Shown: in pieces, positions 27,099 to 41,996 of the stretch
How the letters are laid out: each line of letters opens with the position of its first letter
Numbering within the stretch: the stretch's first letter is position 1
Notes under the pieces: generated by a model
Told to the model about the DNA's origin: nothing
The model's input: only the letters and a program-made list of their open reading frames with translations
Databases searched by the model: none
Origin: Eledone cirrhosa
Taxonomy: Eukaryota
Assembly: GCA_964016885.1 (NCBI GenBank)
Contig: OZ024748.1
Coordinates: forward strand, 57,164,001-57,228,000
Length of the DNA: 64,000 nt
Direction: 5' to 3'
Program-made: the position numbers and the translations under genes

Positions 27099-27618
27099 AT
27101 ATGGTTTAAATTATATGACAGTAATTCAAAGAGATAGAGAAGAGTAAGAGATGCAAATATATTGAGTGGCCAGGAGTAGACGTAAATAGAGGAGAAGGAA
27201 GAAACGGATAACAAAAAAAGTTTTTAAAAAGCTACAAATTCAAAATCTGAACTGTCATTCCAGATCAATCATTGACTAAAATGTCCTTTATAATCGAACA
27301 TATAAAATGGATGAAACTAACATCTAAGAAATTACACAACGTTAATCGGATAAGAGATAAATCCTTTCCTGGCTGAACCGGTAGTCCATGATATGTTATT
27401 TATGAAACAAATATGACAATTTGTGCACTGCGTCACGAAGAGTTGACTGTTGAGTCCAGGTATGACATGAAAAGCCTGCAGTGGATGTGACCTGAAAACC
27501 AATGATTTGACACTCAAATGATTAGATCACATTCTCATCTACACTGTGTTGTGTCCATACAACCAAGTGAACTAATACTTGTCTGTTTAAGCCAACTATC
27601 TATAAATATATCTGTTTG

Positions 27619-27828
27619 TGAAGGCACACACCCTAAAGATTAAGTTGTTGCGCTCACGCTCTTAAAGTCGTTGATTCGATTCTGACAGAGCAATGAGTTG
27701 TGTCCTTAGTGGAGAGACGCGGTCTAGTGATGGCGATGCTGTACTAACGATCATAAGGTCGGTGGTTCAATTCTCATAAGAGGCAGTGCCTCGTTTCCTT
27801 AAGAAAGGCATTTCGTTTCACGTTGCTC
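27619..27828 (+). mobile_element. CORE-type SINE heads (two degenerate copies)
   Basis: ggtctagtg...ggttcaattc...gtttccttaagaaaggcatttcgtttcacgttgctc. Confidence 0.6.
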
Positions 27829-28242
27829 AAGATCCTGTTTCGATGGCACAAAACTTTGCTCAGTATCTATGTTTATCTGAAGTGTTTTCTAAACAACAGC
27901 TTAATAAGAAAAAAGTTAATAATATTACTAAACCTCCTCAACAATATTGATCACATTAAGGTATTCTATTTTACAAAGCTGTTCATACAAAAGCAAAACC
28001 CTATTATATGAAAAAAATAAGGGGCAATAAAAAAAGGGCAAAAAAGAATCAAGCAACGAAAGAAAGAGAGGAAGGGACAGACACCTCACCTCAGTTTAAG
28101 TGGTGCATCAGCCGCGCCCCGCGGACAAAATGGTATAGACATTACCAAGGAAATCAGCAGTACGGGGACCAAGGGCACCAATATATGGTTCTCATATAAA
28201 ACTGTCGGAAATATTATTTTAGGAGGAACCTAAAATAAATAA

Positions 28243-28437
28243 AGGGCGGTGGACTAGCAGTATCCGTAGTGGGTGCGGACACCATGCTTTGACGTATCGA
28301 GTTACGGCCCTTGCCATTCTGAGTTCAAATCCCGCCGAGGTTAACTTTGTCTTTCATCCCTACGGGGTCGATAAAATAAAGTACCAGTAATGTACTAGAT
28401 AATTGGTGGCCTTGTGCCAAAAGTAGAAACAATTATT
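28243..28437 (+). mobile_element. tRNA-derived SINE S1
   Basis: Full S1 consensus match. Confidence 0.9.
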
Positions 28438-28689
28438 TCAAGTGGAACCCTTTAGAACGGCTAGTTTTGTTTCATAGACCCTGAGTCGGGTTGAAGGAAT
28501 ATTGTCTAATGGAAGAGTGCAACAGTAACTTTCCTAAATAAAAACTCTTCGTCTTTTTTATAATTTAGCATTTTACTAAATATTTTTCCATGAATTATAT
28601 AATTTGATACAGTAATCTTGCTTTTTGTACACGCAGTATCTATGTTGAGATTTGTTTAGGTATACACATGCGTATGTATGCATATATAT

Positions 28690-28768
<79 letters not shown>

Positions 28769-28815
28769 TCTGTATACATATATATACATATATCTGTATA
28801 CATATATATACATAC

Positions 28816-28848
<33 letters not shown>

Positions 28849-28882
28849 CATATATATATACTTATATATATATATATATATA

Positions 28883-28962
<80 letters not shown>

Positions 28963-29226
28963 TATAAAAATGTGTGTGGTTTGTATATATACATATGCGT
29001 ATGTTTACATGCTTGCATGTGTTCGTGTGTGTTTCACTGTTCTTAGAACAAGTCTTATATTACGTATCTTTACGTCCTGTAACTTAACGGTCCGATAACT
29101 AGATATTAGCAAAATAATTACCAGCTTCAAATAGGTATTGCGGTCGAATAAACCCCTGAAGATGGTACCCCAGGGTGACCGGATACCAGTGACCGAGACC
29201 AGTTAAAAATTAGAATAACTGTCATT

Positions 29227-29290
<64 letters not shown>

Positions 29291-29417
29291 TATATATGAG
29301 ACATATGTACATATATATATATATATAAAGAATGAATAATAACTCACACATACATATATATATATATATGTATGTGTGAGTGTATGTATATATATATATG
29401 TATGTATGTGTGTGTGC

Positions 29418-29480
<63 letters not shown>

Positions 29481-30299
29481 TGTGTGGGTATGTATATTTT
29501 GATAGGAACAGATGTATATGAGTGTATATATGCGTGCATGTATGCGGGAAAAGAGTTGGGAAGAAGTTAAGTTAGATGAGAGAAAATAGATGGACGTCAG
29601 GCCGATATAATGATGTTACTTTGGAGGAGAGGAAGAAATGGAAGTAAGGATCAAAATAGAGACAGATAGAGAGGATGAGAGAGATATTGGTAGGGAAGAG
29701 AAAGAGGGGCAGAGACGAAAGAGTTTGTGGGAAGATGGTAGGTGAAGAGTATTTTTAAAGTAAATTAGTATTTTCTGATTTCTACCGTCATTGTTCTGTT
29801 GCAGTGGTTCCTTAAACACCATTCCATCCATACACTAATCTCTCTTTCAGATGTCTATGAACGTACATGATATTCTTTAGGGAATGATTATTTTGGTCAG
29901 TGACATAGCATGCCATTGGAATGGCATTGCAGCGCAGTGCATGGAATGGCATAACATAACGTAGCATGTCATGGCGTCGAAGCGAATTTGGTCCTGATCT
30001 CATCGCTTTCCATGCGTGTCTGAATGAATCGATTTTCTGTTTGTTTGTGACTTCCATTTTTGGCAGAGTTTATATAGAAAAAGGAATATTACGTAGATAG
30101 AATAATTCAGTTGAGCACTCGATGTTATTATAAATGCAGTCACTATCACTATCAAGCTATCGTGAAATGACAGGTGTATATTGCTATATATAAATATGTA
30201 TGTACTACGTGTGCATATATATATATATGTGTGTGCGTGTGTGTGTGCTTTTATGTATGTACGTACATCATATGCATGTTGGTATATATGTATATATAC

Positions 30300-30333
<34 letters not shown>

Positions 30334-30386
30334 TAGAATACTGTTGGCTTTTTGCTACAATATTTTCTATATTTTCTATACCTTTC

Positions 30387-30507
<121 letters not shown>

Positions 30508-30521
30508 AATATATGTATATA

Positions 30522-30553
<32 letters not shown>

Positions 30554-30664
30554 TCATCATTCGGTGAGTAGTCACCAAATGATGAATAAAATGCACTCGA
30601 ATTCCTGAAGTATTAAGTAATTTATTTTGTAGCTGTAAGCCTTGTTCTCACGAACAAAAACACA

Positions 30665-30708
<44 letters not shown>

Positions 30709-30760
30709 GAGAGAGAGAGACATATATATATATATATGTGAGTATATATATATATATATG

Positions 30761-30813
<53 letters not shown>

Positions 30814-31574
30814 CTATGCCAGGTATCGACCTGTATATACGAACTTATAGCTTCTTCCTACCCCCTCAATGGTGAATCACATTCTATTTACCCTTTCAAA
30901 TCTGTAAACCTTCTAACCCTGTCCACACTTTCCTCTCTCCTCATAATTGTCGCATATCATTCATTGTCACACACCTTGATAGGATCCTTCTACTCTTAGT
31001 CCCCAACATTCCCTCCCACACATATGACAGTAATCATCCTTTCTTTCTATCTCTTTCTCCCGCTCTCTGAGTTCAAATGTCGCCGAGATCAACGTTGCCT
31101 TTTATCCTTTCGAGTTCGATAATAAAAAAAAAAAGGACCAGTCTAGTACTGTGTCGATTCTTCCTCTATATCTCTTTCTCACTTTCTATTCTTTGGTGGG
31201 AGAAAGCTGGTCGCTTCAGACCTGGAGAGTAGATAGACTCCACCAAGTTTAAAAAACATTCCAGAAACGTCGTATGTCAATACGGTGCCCTCCTATGACG
31301 CCACAAGGATTTATGATAACTCCAATCCTTACCATTTAAGACTTGTTGGAATCGTTTGACATCTAACGTGAGAGGAGGCGTAACCTGAGGACATAAACCT
31401 GCTGGATCCTGGTCCTCTCTAGGACTGAATACAGGCGATTCTTCCACAGAGAAATGTCAGAATGGAACAAAGAATCGATCCTATTAGTGTACCAGTAATT
31501 TATTTATCACAATTCACCTCAGCAGGATTTGAACTCAGAAAATGAAGCGTCGGATATTATACTGCGCGTGTGTG

Positions 31575-31818
31575 TGTGACAGCTCGCACCTATGCAGGTT
31601 TAGCTGGCCTCGAAGGTATGTCGCATTGGAGGTGTCTTGGGTGATTTAATGATAGTGACCCCAGTCCTATCATTTCATTTCTACAGCTGAGTAAACTGGA
31701 GCAACGAGAAATAAAGTGTCTTGCTCGAGGAAACAACACATCACTCGGTCCGAGAATTGAACTCACAACCTTTCGGTTGCAAGCCCAATGCTCTAACTAC
31801 TAAGCCATGCGCCTTCAC
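31575..31818 (-). mobile_element. CORE-type tRNA-derived SINE
   Basis: actggagcaacgagaaataaagtgtcttgctcgaggaaacaacac...attgaactc...ctaactactaagccatgcgccttcac. Confidence 0.75.
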
Positions 31819-32089
31819 GGATAGTATACTGCAAAGCGTTATATCCGAAATCTTAACGACTCTGCCAATAAAAGACTCACGCAATTGTTCATAGATTACC
31901 AACGTAGCTGTACTCATTGTGTTTTACCCTTAAGGCAAAGAATGTAATACATCTTGTTTCAATTAAATATGGCTGACAAATGAAATCCCGTCTTGAGTTA
32001 ACAGCTCAGTGGTTAGCAATAGGAAGGGATACCCAACTGTATTATATGTACTTACATACACACAGGCACACACACACATATATATACAC

Positions 32090-32166
<77 letters not shown>

Positions 32167-32241
32167 CATATATATGCATGTATACATATATATATACACA
32201 CACATATATATACATACATATATATATACAGAAGAATATAT

Positions 32242-32282
<41 letters not shown>

Positions 32283-32790
32283 TGTATGCTTATATATATA
32301 TATACACATATATATACATATATATATACAGAAGAATATATATATACATATATATATATAACATATATATATATGTATGTATGTATATGTGTCTGTGTGT
32401 GTGTATATATATGTGTGTATAGTTGCAACAATGCGGTAGACAATGTCTAATATATATAATTGGAAACAGCAATGTTCAAATTAGAGAAGATTAAGAAAAT
32501 TCCAAATTTCTATGGAAAAACACGAATCTTATCTCAAGGAATTAAGATATAGGAAAGAAATCTAGAAACTTCTTCAAACTATGCTATAAACTATAAAACA
32601 TAAAACAACTTTATTTCACGATATTTAGTTTATTTTTCTAAAGATTTGAAATACCCAAAGCTCGTAAAGCAATTTATTAAACTTCAAAACTTACTTCTCC
32701 ACTGTCGAAACAGGGATTCAGGAAAATATGTAGAGGAAAAATTATATATACATTTACGTATGTATACATGCATATACGTGTGTGTGTGTG

Positions 32791-32827
<37 letters not shown>

Positions 32828-33007
32828 GTACGTATGTATGTATATATGTAAATATGTATGTATGTATGTAAGATCATTGAATACCATAACTCATAAAGAA
32901 TGAACTATGAAAATCAAAGTCAAGTATAAACTACACGCTTACACGAGATCTCTTGTACAATCCATATTTTTTTAACCTCATATTTCGTAAGCCAACGACC
33001 AAACCAC

Positions 33008-33063
<56 letters not shown>

Positions 33064-33140
33064 ATATGAAAAGTATGTATATATATTAATATTATTCAAA
33101 ATATTAATAAATGGATACATTCACATAATCAAAATATATG

Positions 33141-33204
33141 TTTTATTATATATATCTCGGAGGTACTGTGCTGTTTTTTCAGTACGTCCTCATCAGATAA
33201 AATA
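33141..33204 (-). ncRNA. Hammerhead ribozyme, GAAA mutated to GAGA
   Basis: Minus strand: tattttat-CTGATGA-ggacgtactg...cagtacctcc-GAGA-tatatat-A-ataaaa. Confidence 0.65.
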
Positions 33205-33263
33205 CATAAATTGATGTATGACATACCTCAACTGTGCTGATGGTTCAAATCCAGTCTTGGCAG

Positions 33264-33329
33264 TATTTTATCTGATGAGGAGGCACTGAAAAAATAGCAC
33301 AGTACCTCCGAAATATATATAATAAAACA
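33264..33329 (+). ncRNA. Minimal type I hammerhead ribozyme (intact core)
   Basis: tattttat-CTGATGA-ggaggcactg...cagtacctcc-GAAA-tatatat-A-ataaaaca; predicted cleavage after 33321. Confidence 0.85.
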
Positions 33330-33492
33330 TATATTTTGATTATGTGAATGTATCCATTAATATTTTGAATAATATTAATAACTCCAGAAAACTTAACTGT
33401 TGAGTGCTTTTAATCTATTGTAAAACTATATTCATTGAATAATCAATGAACCTTGTTTAACATTTGGTTATATATATATATATATTGTATAA

Positions 33493-33710
33493 ATAACCAA
33501 GGAGAATATACGTTAACGGTTCAAGTTTTCCTTGGATTATCCGAGGAAAACTTGAACCGTTAACGTATATTCTGCTTGATTATGTCAAAATTTATAAAAC
33601 ACGCTTCGTATTTTATCTGATGATAGCCTACCAAAATGTTGGTACCCTTAAAATATATATATAATAGAATAAATATGGTTTTATAAATATAGTTTCCATT
33701 TAATTAATAT

Positions 33711-33716
<6 letters not shown>
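33493..33716 (+). mobile_element. Family A unit with a 45-bp 5' fold-back (33493-33583) and a degenerate hammerhead (33609-33671, GAAA mutated to AAAA)
   Basis: agaatatacgttaacggttcaagttttcct/aggaaaacttgaaccgttaacgtatattct; tattttat-CTGATGA...aaaa-tatatatat-a-atagaata. Confidence 0.8.
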
Positions 33717-33762
<46 letters not shown>

Positions 33763-34166
33763 ATGTAAATATATATGTCTCTCTCTCTCTCTCTAGCTCT
33801 CTCTCTCTAGCTCTCTCCCTTTCCATATATATATGTGTGTGTAGAGAGAGATGGAGAGAATCTCACATAAAATAGAATGGCAGTGCTGATACATGACATA
33901 CACAGATGCAACAGTTGCATGGAAGCGTACGAAACAAGTATCTTCATATGATTGCGTTCATATATATAGGTACACACACACACATATATATATGTATATA
34001 TATATATATATAAATATATATATACATATATATATGCATATATATATACATATATATAGATAAATGTATATATGCGCATATAGATAAATATATATATATA
34101 TGAGTACATATATAAATAGATATGTTTATATATACATAAATACATATATATATATGCATATATATA

Positions 34167-34241
<75 letters not shown>

Positions 34242-34250
34242 AAATGTATG

Positions 34251-34291
<41 letters not shown>

Positions 34292-34361
34292 AAATGTATG
34301 ATTATATATATATATATATATGCATATATATGTATACATATATATATAATCATACATTTAC

Positions 34362-34394
<33 letters not shown>

Positions 34395-35078
34395 TGTATA
34401 TATATATATACTGTATATATATATGACTGTGTATGAGTGTGCGGTCATTTATATATACTTACATACGAACCTAAATGTGTGTGTGTATATTTATATGCAC
34501 CGTACGAATGAATGCACATGAATACGCGTGCAAAACATATTTGAACATAAATTGTTAAGGAAGCTGTAGCAAGAGTATGTTTCTTATGGTGATCTATCCC
34601 ATGAGACACTGCATTGAAAATAACGCTGAAAATACGGTGAGAAGGTGAGAAGGTGGACAAAGTGAGGCAATGCATTGCTATGCTGCCAACAGGGAATCAC
34701 ATGACTAATCGAACATATTTACGAGTTGGCTTCATTGCTGGATGTACGTACCTCCGACATAACACAACAATTAAGAGAGGGGAATGAGTGAGAAGTGTAG
34801 GGGCAGGAGGTAGAATGAAGATGGGGTCGAGGAGGAGAAGAAAGAAAATGGAAAGAGATAGTGGGGAGTGTGGATGAATGGCGGTGGAGAGGCGGGGAGT
34901 TTCTTGGTTATTGGACTCGCAGGAGATTTCAAGATCTTCTGTCTATATCTTTTTATCTATCTACATGTCTTTCTAAATAATAAACTATCTATTTATCTGA
35001 GTATAAGTATGTGCCTGTGTATGTGTGCGCATGCGTGTATTGGCATGGTTCTCTCCCTCTCTCTCTATCTCTCCCTTT

Positions 35079-35171
<93 letters not shown>

Positions 35172-35876
35172 AAATTGGCCGCATGTCTATCAAGCTGTCA
35201 TTTTCTCTTTCCTATTTTCACTCTCACGTATGTATGCGTATATATATATATATATGTGTGTGTGTGTATGTGTGTGTGTCTGTGTATAAGTATGTATGTA
35301 TTTATTCTGTAGAATTTTATAGACCTAGTATAATGAGTGGAAGAAATTCAATTCTCTGCGATTATCCCAACTATTTGAAGACAAACCCTCCCTTCAGGAT
35401 TACTAAATTCTGAAAACAGCAATATCAGCTTGAAGGAAAATTTAGACATTGAAGTAAGAATGTTTTTGTTTTTTTTCTTTTTCCACTGCCAACTGGAGAA
35501 AACGACGGACGTGTTTAGATCTAGCGAAGTAGTTTAACTCGCAGTTAACTACTAGGTATAATATATATATATATATAAAACGAAAAATCTGTGATGCATC
35601 TGAACTGAATTGTGTGTTACAATTGTTTCGCCGGCAGACAGCTCGAGATACGATCATTGTATGGATCTGTCTGATTCTGGACTTACAGGTTCGTCGAACA
35701 CTTGCAATAATTTCGGATCAAATTTTATCACTGGGGTGTTAGCGTCAAAAAACCTTTTCCTCGCTTGTCCTGCTGTTGGCTGTTGTTTTTCTACGTCATC
35801 ATAAATTCTGGCCAATAGTTGCTGTCACATTGGCCATAAGCTTTCCCTCCGCCTGACACACGTCAATGATTCCATG

Positions 35877-36033
35877 CTGGGTCGGCTGGAAGTCAATATC
35901 AACCGGTGTGTGTTATTAGCGAGAGGGTAACATTTGAAATCGTGGAATATGAATTGTGCTGCAAATATGATGAATTATAGAACCACACTCAAGGCAGTGT
36001 GCGACGGTTGATATTGACTTCCAGTCGACCCAG
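35877..36033. repeat. About 29-bp inverted repeat with about 100-bp spacer
   Basis: ctgggtcggctggaagtcaatatcaaccg / cggttgatattgacttccagtcgacccag, 1 mismatch. Confidence 0.85.
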
Positions 36034-36849
36034 GAGGGGTTATATCCAACTGTGAAAGGATTGCTTCCTCCGGATTCAGTAATCTACACGAAAACCACGT
36101 GGCGGACTTGTAAACAACATAGTTGTCATTAACAGTTTTAGCCATGAGTTTACTATATATTCTACAGTATCTGCACACAACTGAAATGTTGCACTCACTC
36201 TAATAAAGCCGCTTATTAATGTAACCATAACTGCTTTTCCTTCACTCTGCCATAGGTAATTCCTTAAGCGGACTTTTCTATATACGCTTTCTGTCTACGC
36301 GACTTACGAGCCATCATGAATAGTATTTACTGTGGTATATTTCCATATGGTATGGCACTTTAGTTAAATGCCAACTCGGCCATACGGTGTATTTCACTTG
36401 AGACGTGGGATTGCGTGACCGAACGTGAAGACTTTGGGAGATAGCAGATATTGCGGGCCTGTCTTATTTTCACTTTCTTCACTGGAGTGCCAGCTGTGCA
36501 TGTACCCTACTCTGCTTCACCTCATCGTACTTTTCTTTATTTTAGATTTAAGGTATCTATTGCAGACTGCCTATGTGGAGAAATCCTCTGGGTATATGTT
36601 TTGGAAACATAGTATTATATCGCTTAACGCTTGGAACTGGAACCAATGGATGGAGGGTTTTGATATGATATAGAGAAATCGACCTGTTACAAGGTGATAT
36701 AACTGTAGTACACCATCCTTCCTATAGACAATCCTACAGGTACAGCTGCACCACAGCTAACCAACTTTTCTTTTCACGGACTCATGCTTGCAAGCTTTCA
36801 TTCTCTGCCTGTACATCCTGTATTTGCACTGCTTGTGAATTGATGTATC

Positions 36850-36893
<44 letters not shown>

Positions 36894-37434
36894 ATCATGC
36901 TGGGTAACACCCTCACTCACTTCTTGCTATCCTCTCTCAACCTCCTTATCATCTATTGCACCATTTATGTGATAAACTTTTGATGTAAATTTTTTATGAC
37001 ATTTTATGACATTATGTGCGTCATGTATTGTGTGTTTTTCTACTTGTCCTTTATTCTTGTTCTGGTGACTGAGCCTTGATGGAGCCTGCAACCTCTGATA
37101 ATTTTGTTTATAAGCTCTGAAGATTCCTGCCATAGAGTATGGATGAAACACTGTTAGCAAATAAACAATGTATTTCTAAGCACTCTTTGGTTATTCCTAA
37201 ACTTATAACGGCTCTGTAGTATATTAGTTATCCTACGTTGAGCTAAAACCACACTGTCATACCAAGGGCAATATATGTGGTGCGTGTCTGTGCACATTAA
37301 TATACTTGTCAACGAATCTCTCTCTATATATATATATGTATGTAAGAGGTAAACAGAAATAACAACACAATCGGTACAGTATACGGAAGGTATATATTAG
37401 GTTAACGCTTGATATAGCAGGAAGAGAGTCTATA

Positions 37435-37477
<43 letters not shown>

Positions 37478-37815
37478 AATCGAAGTTGCAGCCGCAGTGT
37501 AGCAGGTAGCAATTGAATTGTTTGAAACGGTCACAATGCACTCATTGCTGCGATGTGTCAATACATATTTCGTGCAGCGCAAACACAAAGTCAACCAGTT
37601 GTATGTGGTCATAGTATATAGCCACAACATCTATAATTACTAATGAATATTTCCAGCTCTGTGCACCTAATCTCTGCATGAACCCAGTTCTCTAGCTGCT
37701 TCCCACTGCATATTGCACATTGAGCACATCCTTTTACGCCTTTGGCTTCTAATACCTTCACTAATCTCTCCTCTCCTATCACCATCTCTCTATTTAAGAT
37801 TGGTTTACTCTTGAA

Positions 37816-37868
<53 letters not shown>

Positions 37869-38063
37869 TTTTTCGTATAGTTTTTCCTTTTCCGTACAAC
37901 CACATTTAAACCGAGCTTATTATCCATCTAAAGTGAATCAATTGTTCTCGGTAATGGCGAACTAACTGTTATGGAACTACTTCTACCAAACTCGTCCCAT
38001 GGACTGAGTGCTCTACTACTACGGATATAACACTCCAGTGTTCTACTATTATATATATATATA

Positions 38064-38940
38064 CTAACAGTAAAGCCCGGCGTTGCTCGGGGTCGCTCAG
38101 TAGCTGTGTTAAAGTTACAATGTTAAGTTTCTTTCTTGGCTTAAAAACTGTAGTGTCTACTGTGCAGACTTGCATGTGGTGATTTTGATTAATATTCCCT
38201 CAACCAACAATATGCCTTATGAAGTTAAGAAAACATAACGATAACCCGAATGTTATAACAAAAGAGGATGCTGGGGATAGAAACTGCACTGGTTATTTAT
38301 TAACAAAGATCGAAAATGTAAACACTGCAACGCAGAGAAAAACATTAGCGTAACCAAATTATCAGTTATGTCTGTCTGCACGCCTATATCACCTCTCTGC
38401 ACGACTGTCTGTCTGCACGCCTATATCACCTCTCTGCGCGACTGTCTGTCTACACGCCTATATCACCTCTCTGCACGACTGTCTGTCTGCACGACTGTCT
38501 GTCTGCACGCCTAACGACGAAATATTTGCTTGTTTTACGTAGTCTTTAAATAGACTTGTTTTCAAGTAAAAATATTGTTTTAAAATGCTTTTAAATGGAA
38601 ATGAAGCAAAACGGAAGCTTAGTGTTCGAACTGATGAATTTTGCAGGTCAATATTTTGCTGGCTCGACAACTGTTAAAGCCAGCGTAATTTTTTACGTAA
38701 GACGCTCAATGTAAACAGAACAAAGGGAAATAACTGATCACTTACGCTCAAAAATCGATACATTATATTCGATTTCGTCACATAGGGTGGGTCAATTTGA
38801 AATTTTTTTTTTCCGATGTCTTCGCTAGGGCTCAATGTACAAGTCTAGCAATTTCGGTGCAATTCCGTGAGAGATTCTAAGAGGAGATGTGCGCCAAAAA
38901 TCGATAGACAGACAGACAACCACAGTTTTATATATATAGA
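38064..38940 (-). mobile_element. Non-autonomous Helitron with an internal 37-bp tandem repeat (38368-38512)
   Basis: Minus strand starts TCtatatatataaaa followed by (ctgt)n; ends with hairpin cccgagcaacgccggg and ...gttag; inserted between A and T. Confidence 0.75.
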
Positions 38941-38944
38941 TTAC

Positions 38945-39136
38945 GGTGGTGGATTTGCAGTATCGGTAGAGGGTCGGACGCCATGCTTTGCAGCAAAGAG
39001 TTACGGCCTTTTACAGTGTGAGTTCAAATCGCGCCGAGGTTAATTTTGCCTTTCATCCTTACAGGGTCGATAAAATAAAGTACCAGTAATGCAGTGGGTA
39101 ATTGATGGCCTTGTGCCAAAAGTAGAAACAACTATT
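38945..39136 (+). mobile_element. tRNA-derived SINE S1
   Basis: Full S1 consensus match. Confidence 0.9.
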
Positions 39137-39151
39137 ATCTATCTCTCTCTC

Positions 39152-39184
<33 letters not shown>

Positions 39185-39687
39185 ATGTGTGTGGATGTAT
39201 GTATATAAAAGGACTATTTGTTATGTCATCATTACCTTTATTGATTGGTGGCGCGCGTAAGCAATCAATAAACATAATGAAGACATAACAAATCGCCCTT
39301 GTATTATTATATTTACACTCTGTTTAGCTCTACACCTCGTTACAGATGTGAATCTAAACATCGAGTGCTCACCTGGGTGAACCTACAGTAACTGCACATT
39401 ACACTCCCTGGATTATCGTATATATATATATATAGTTTTTCGAAACCATCATCTCATTCAATATGATAAATCTCCAGAGGGTCTTTTTATGATTATTGGC
39501 ACTAATATATCCCTTGGCTAACATTTATCAATCTATCGATATTTAGTATATATATATCGATCTTTCTAGAAACACTACTTTTTCTATGCATTTTCTTTCA
39601 CTCAGCAGCCAATTTCATGCTGATTCCCACTCCTTGACGTTGTTCAATCACCTCCTTCACAATCTTCCTAATTCTGATTTACTAAGA

Positions 39688-40256
39688 TATTCTCTAGAGG
39701 CAAGGCTGTGATGGGGTAGCAATACACGTCCATATTCGCTAGAAGTAAGCTTAGGAGAGGTGGCAATACACTCCCATATTAGCTAAAGTTAAGCCTGAGA
39801 GTGGGTGGTAATATAGTAATATATAATGACTAGAGACAAGGCTGTGAGAGGGTGGCAATACACGGCTATAGTAACTAGAAGTAAGCGTGAGAGGAGGTGC
39901 AACACACTGTTATATTCTCTAGAGGTAAGCCTGTGAGGGGTGGTTATATACACGGGTATATTCACTAGAGGTATGTCTGTTATGGATGGTTATATACACG
40001 GCTATAGTAACTAGAGGTAAGCGTGAGAGGGGGTGCGACACACTGTTATATTCTCTAGAGGTAAGCCTCTGAGGAGAGAGGTAGGTCTGAGAGGGGTGCG
40101 ACACACCGCTATGTTCTCTAGAGGTAAGCCTCTGAGGGGGGGGGGGAGTATATACGGCTATATTCACAAGAGGTATGCCTGTAAGGGGGTGCAATACACA
40201 GCTATAGTCACTAGAGGTAGGGCTGTGAAGGGGCGCGACACACTAATATATTCGTT
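39688..40256. repeat. About 45-bp diverged minisatellite, about 12 copies
   Basis: Unit similar to atattctctagaggtaagcctgtgaggggtgcaatacacggct. Confidence 0.85.
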
Positions 40257-40929
40257 AGTGTTTAGGTTTCAAGTTATCGCAAGCCCAAGCCATTCTTTAA
40301 CAGAAGTATTTCATATTTCGTAGTTTTCTCAACATTCGTTTCTAGCTCACGCTATACATTTGCTCTGTGTTTTCTTTTGTTAGACGTCCATCAGGTCTTC
40401 CTGGTGTAATTAACGTGCGAGTGACTGAGCATTCCACAGATACATAGTATAACTTATTTTGGCTGGTTGAATGAACTGGAGCAAAGTGAAATATAGTATC
40501 TTGATCAAGGATAGAAAGTGTCACTGGAAATAAAACTCATGACCGTAGCTTGAGAGACTGGTTCCTCTTTACACTTGTCTCGGTTAATACCTCTTGCGTC
40601 CTTGATCCCCGTACTACTGATATCCTCGACAAAGTCGGAAAGACGGTGGCCCACTTGATGAAGAACCCTGTGAGGTGGGGTAGATGCTGTAGTGAATTTC
40701 TCTAGCCATTCTCAGCCGTAACTCTTTTGCCGTTTTGTCCGCCGGGCGGAGCTATACACCATTCAGACTGGGTTGTAATGTCTGTCCCTCCCCCTTTTCC
40801 TTTCTTTCGTTGCTTGAGCCTTGTTTCTTTTTTTTTCTTTTCATTCACTTCCCCCGGGTATCAGTTTGTGTTTGCTTATTACTTCCCTTGTGTTTATATT
40901 TCTCTTTATGGTTAAAATGAAACTATGCA

Positions 40930-41930
40930 GCTATACAAGTTTGTTCCATTCTTTTCTTAAAGACTGTAAGCCAAACACACTAACCAACAAGTCCCCAACC
41001 TTTCGAGTTCTTCAAAGACCCTGCAATCCAGCGTTTTATTACTTTCTTTGATCTAACATCTTCTCTTATTGTTTCTCCCCTTTTTCATCACCTTTTTCAT
41101 CACCTTTTTCGGATTGACTATTTCCTTTCTATCGAATCTTCCTTGCATATTTCAGCATTTAATTCTATTTTATATCTTCATGCAGTCGCGTCAAGATGTT
41201 TGGTTAGATCCCTAAATTCATCATTATGGCCTAGCAAATAAATATCATCTGAAAAACGGATATTACTCACTTCTCTGTTACCTATTTTAATAGTTCCTTT
41301 AAACCACTCAAAATATTTCATCATTATGCAATCTAGAAAGTCATTAAAAAATACTTAGTATAACGGCAAACCCTTGCCTGTCATCAGCTGAAGTTTTAAT
41401 CTAGTTACTTTCTTAATTTTCAACTAAAATCAGATTTCTAAGTGTCCATATATTGAGCTTATTTTTATAAAATTTAGTATTGGCAAATTTATATAATATT
41501 TTATCATAATAAACTGCTATGCTCCTTACCACATACTGTATAACATGCTTCTAAAGCTCTGTGGAATAATGGAAGACATTTGTCTTTTGTGACAAGTATT
41601 TTTCTTCTTCAACCTTATTTATGTAACAAATCTGTTCAGTAATGTTTCTCCTTTCTTAAAAAATCAGCTTGTGTTTCATTGAAAAGCATTTTCATTATTA
41701 GTTCCATTTTAACAAACAAAATACAATGCAAAAATTATGCTTTCTTTGCTAATCAACCGAAGTATTTGGTGCTTTCGCAGACATGGTGATTCCTCTTTTT
41801 AGCAGTGGTATAACACTTGATTTTTCCTTCAATCTGCTGTACATAAAACTTTATTAGAAATTTTACAAAGAAGCAAAGAGACCATATTTTAATAATTCTG
41901 TATTATATTATCTCTTCTATTTTTCTATTT

Positions 41931-41996
<66 letters not shown>

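Larger units (their letters stand above)
33084..33465. mobile_element. Head-to-head inverted pair of hammerhead-bearing Penelope pLTR fragments, family B
   Basis: Arms 33084-33205 / 33263-33380; the right arm continues into sequence shared with the Penelope 3' end at 53649-53740. Confidence 0.85.

Noticed and set aside
36700-37800. Possible LINE fragments (Cys-rich ...CAQCAIC...WVH)
   Set aside because: Too degenerate to assign without a database search
39688-40256. Possible CRISPR-like repeat-spacer array
   Set aside because: The intervening segments are homologous to each other, so it is a diverged minisatellite; eukaryotic context and no cas genes
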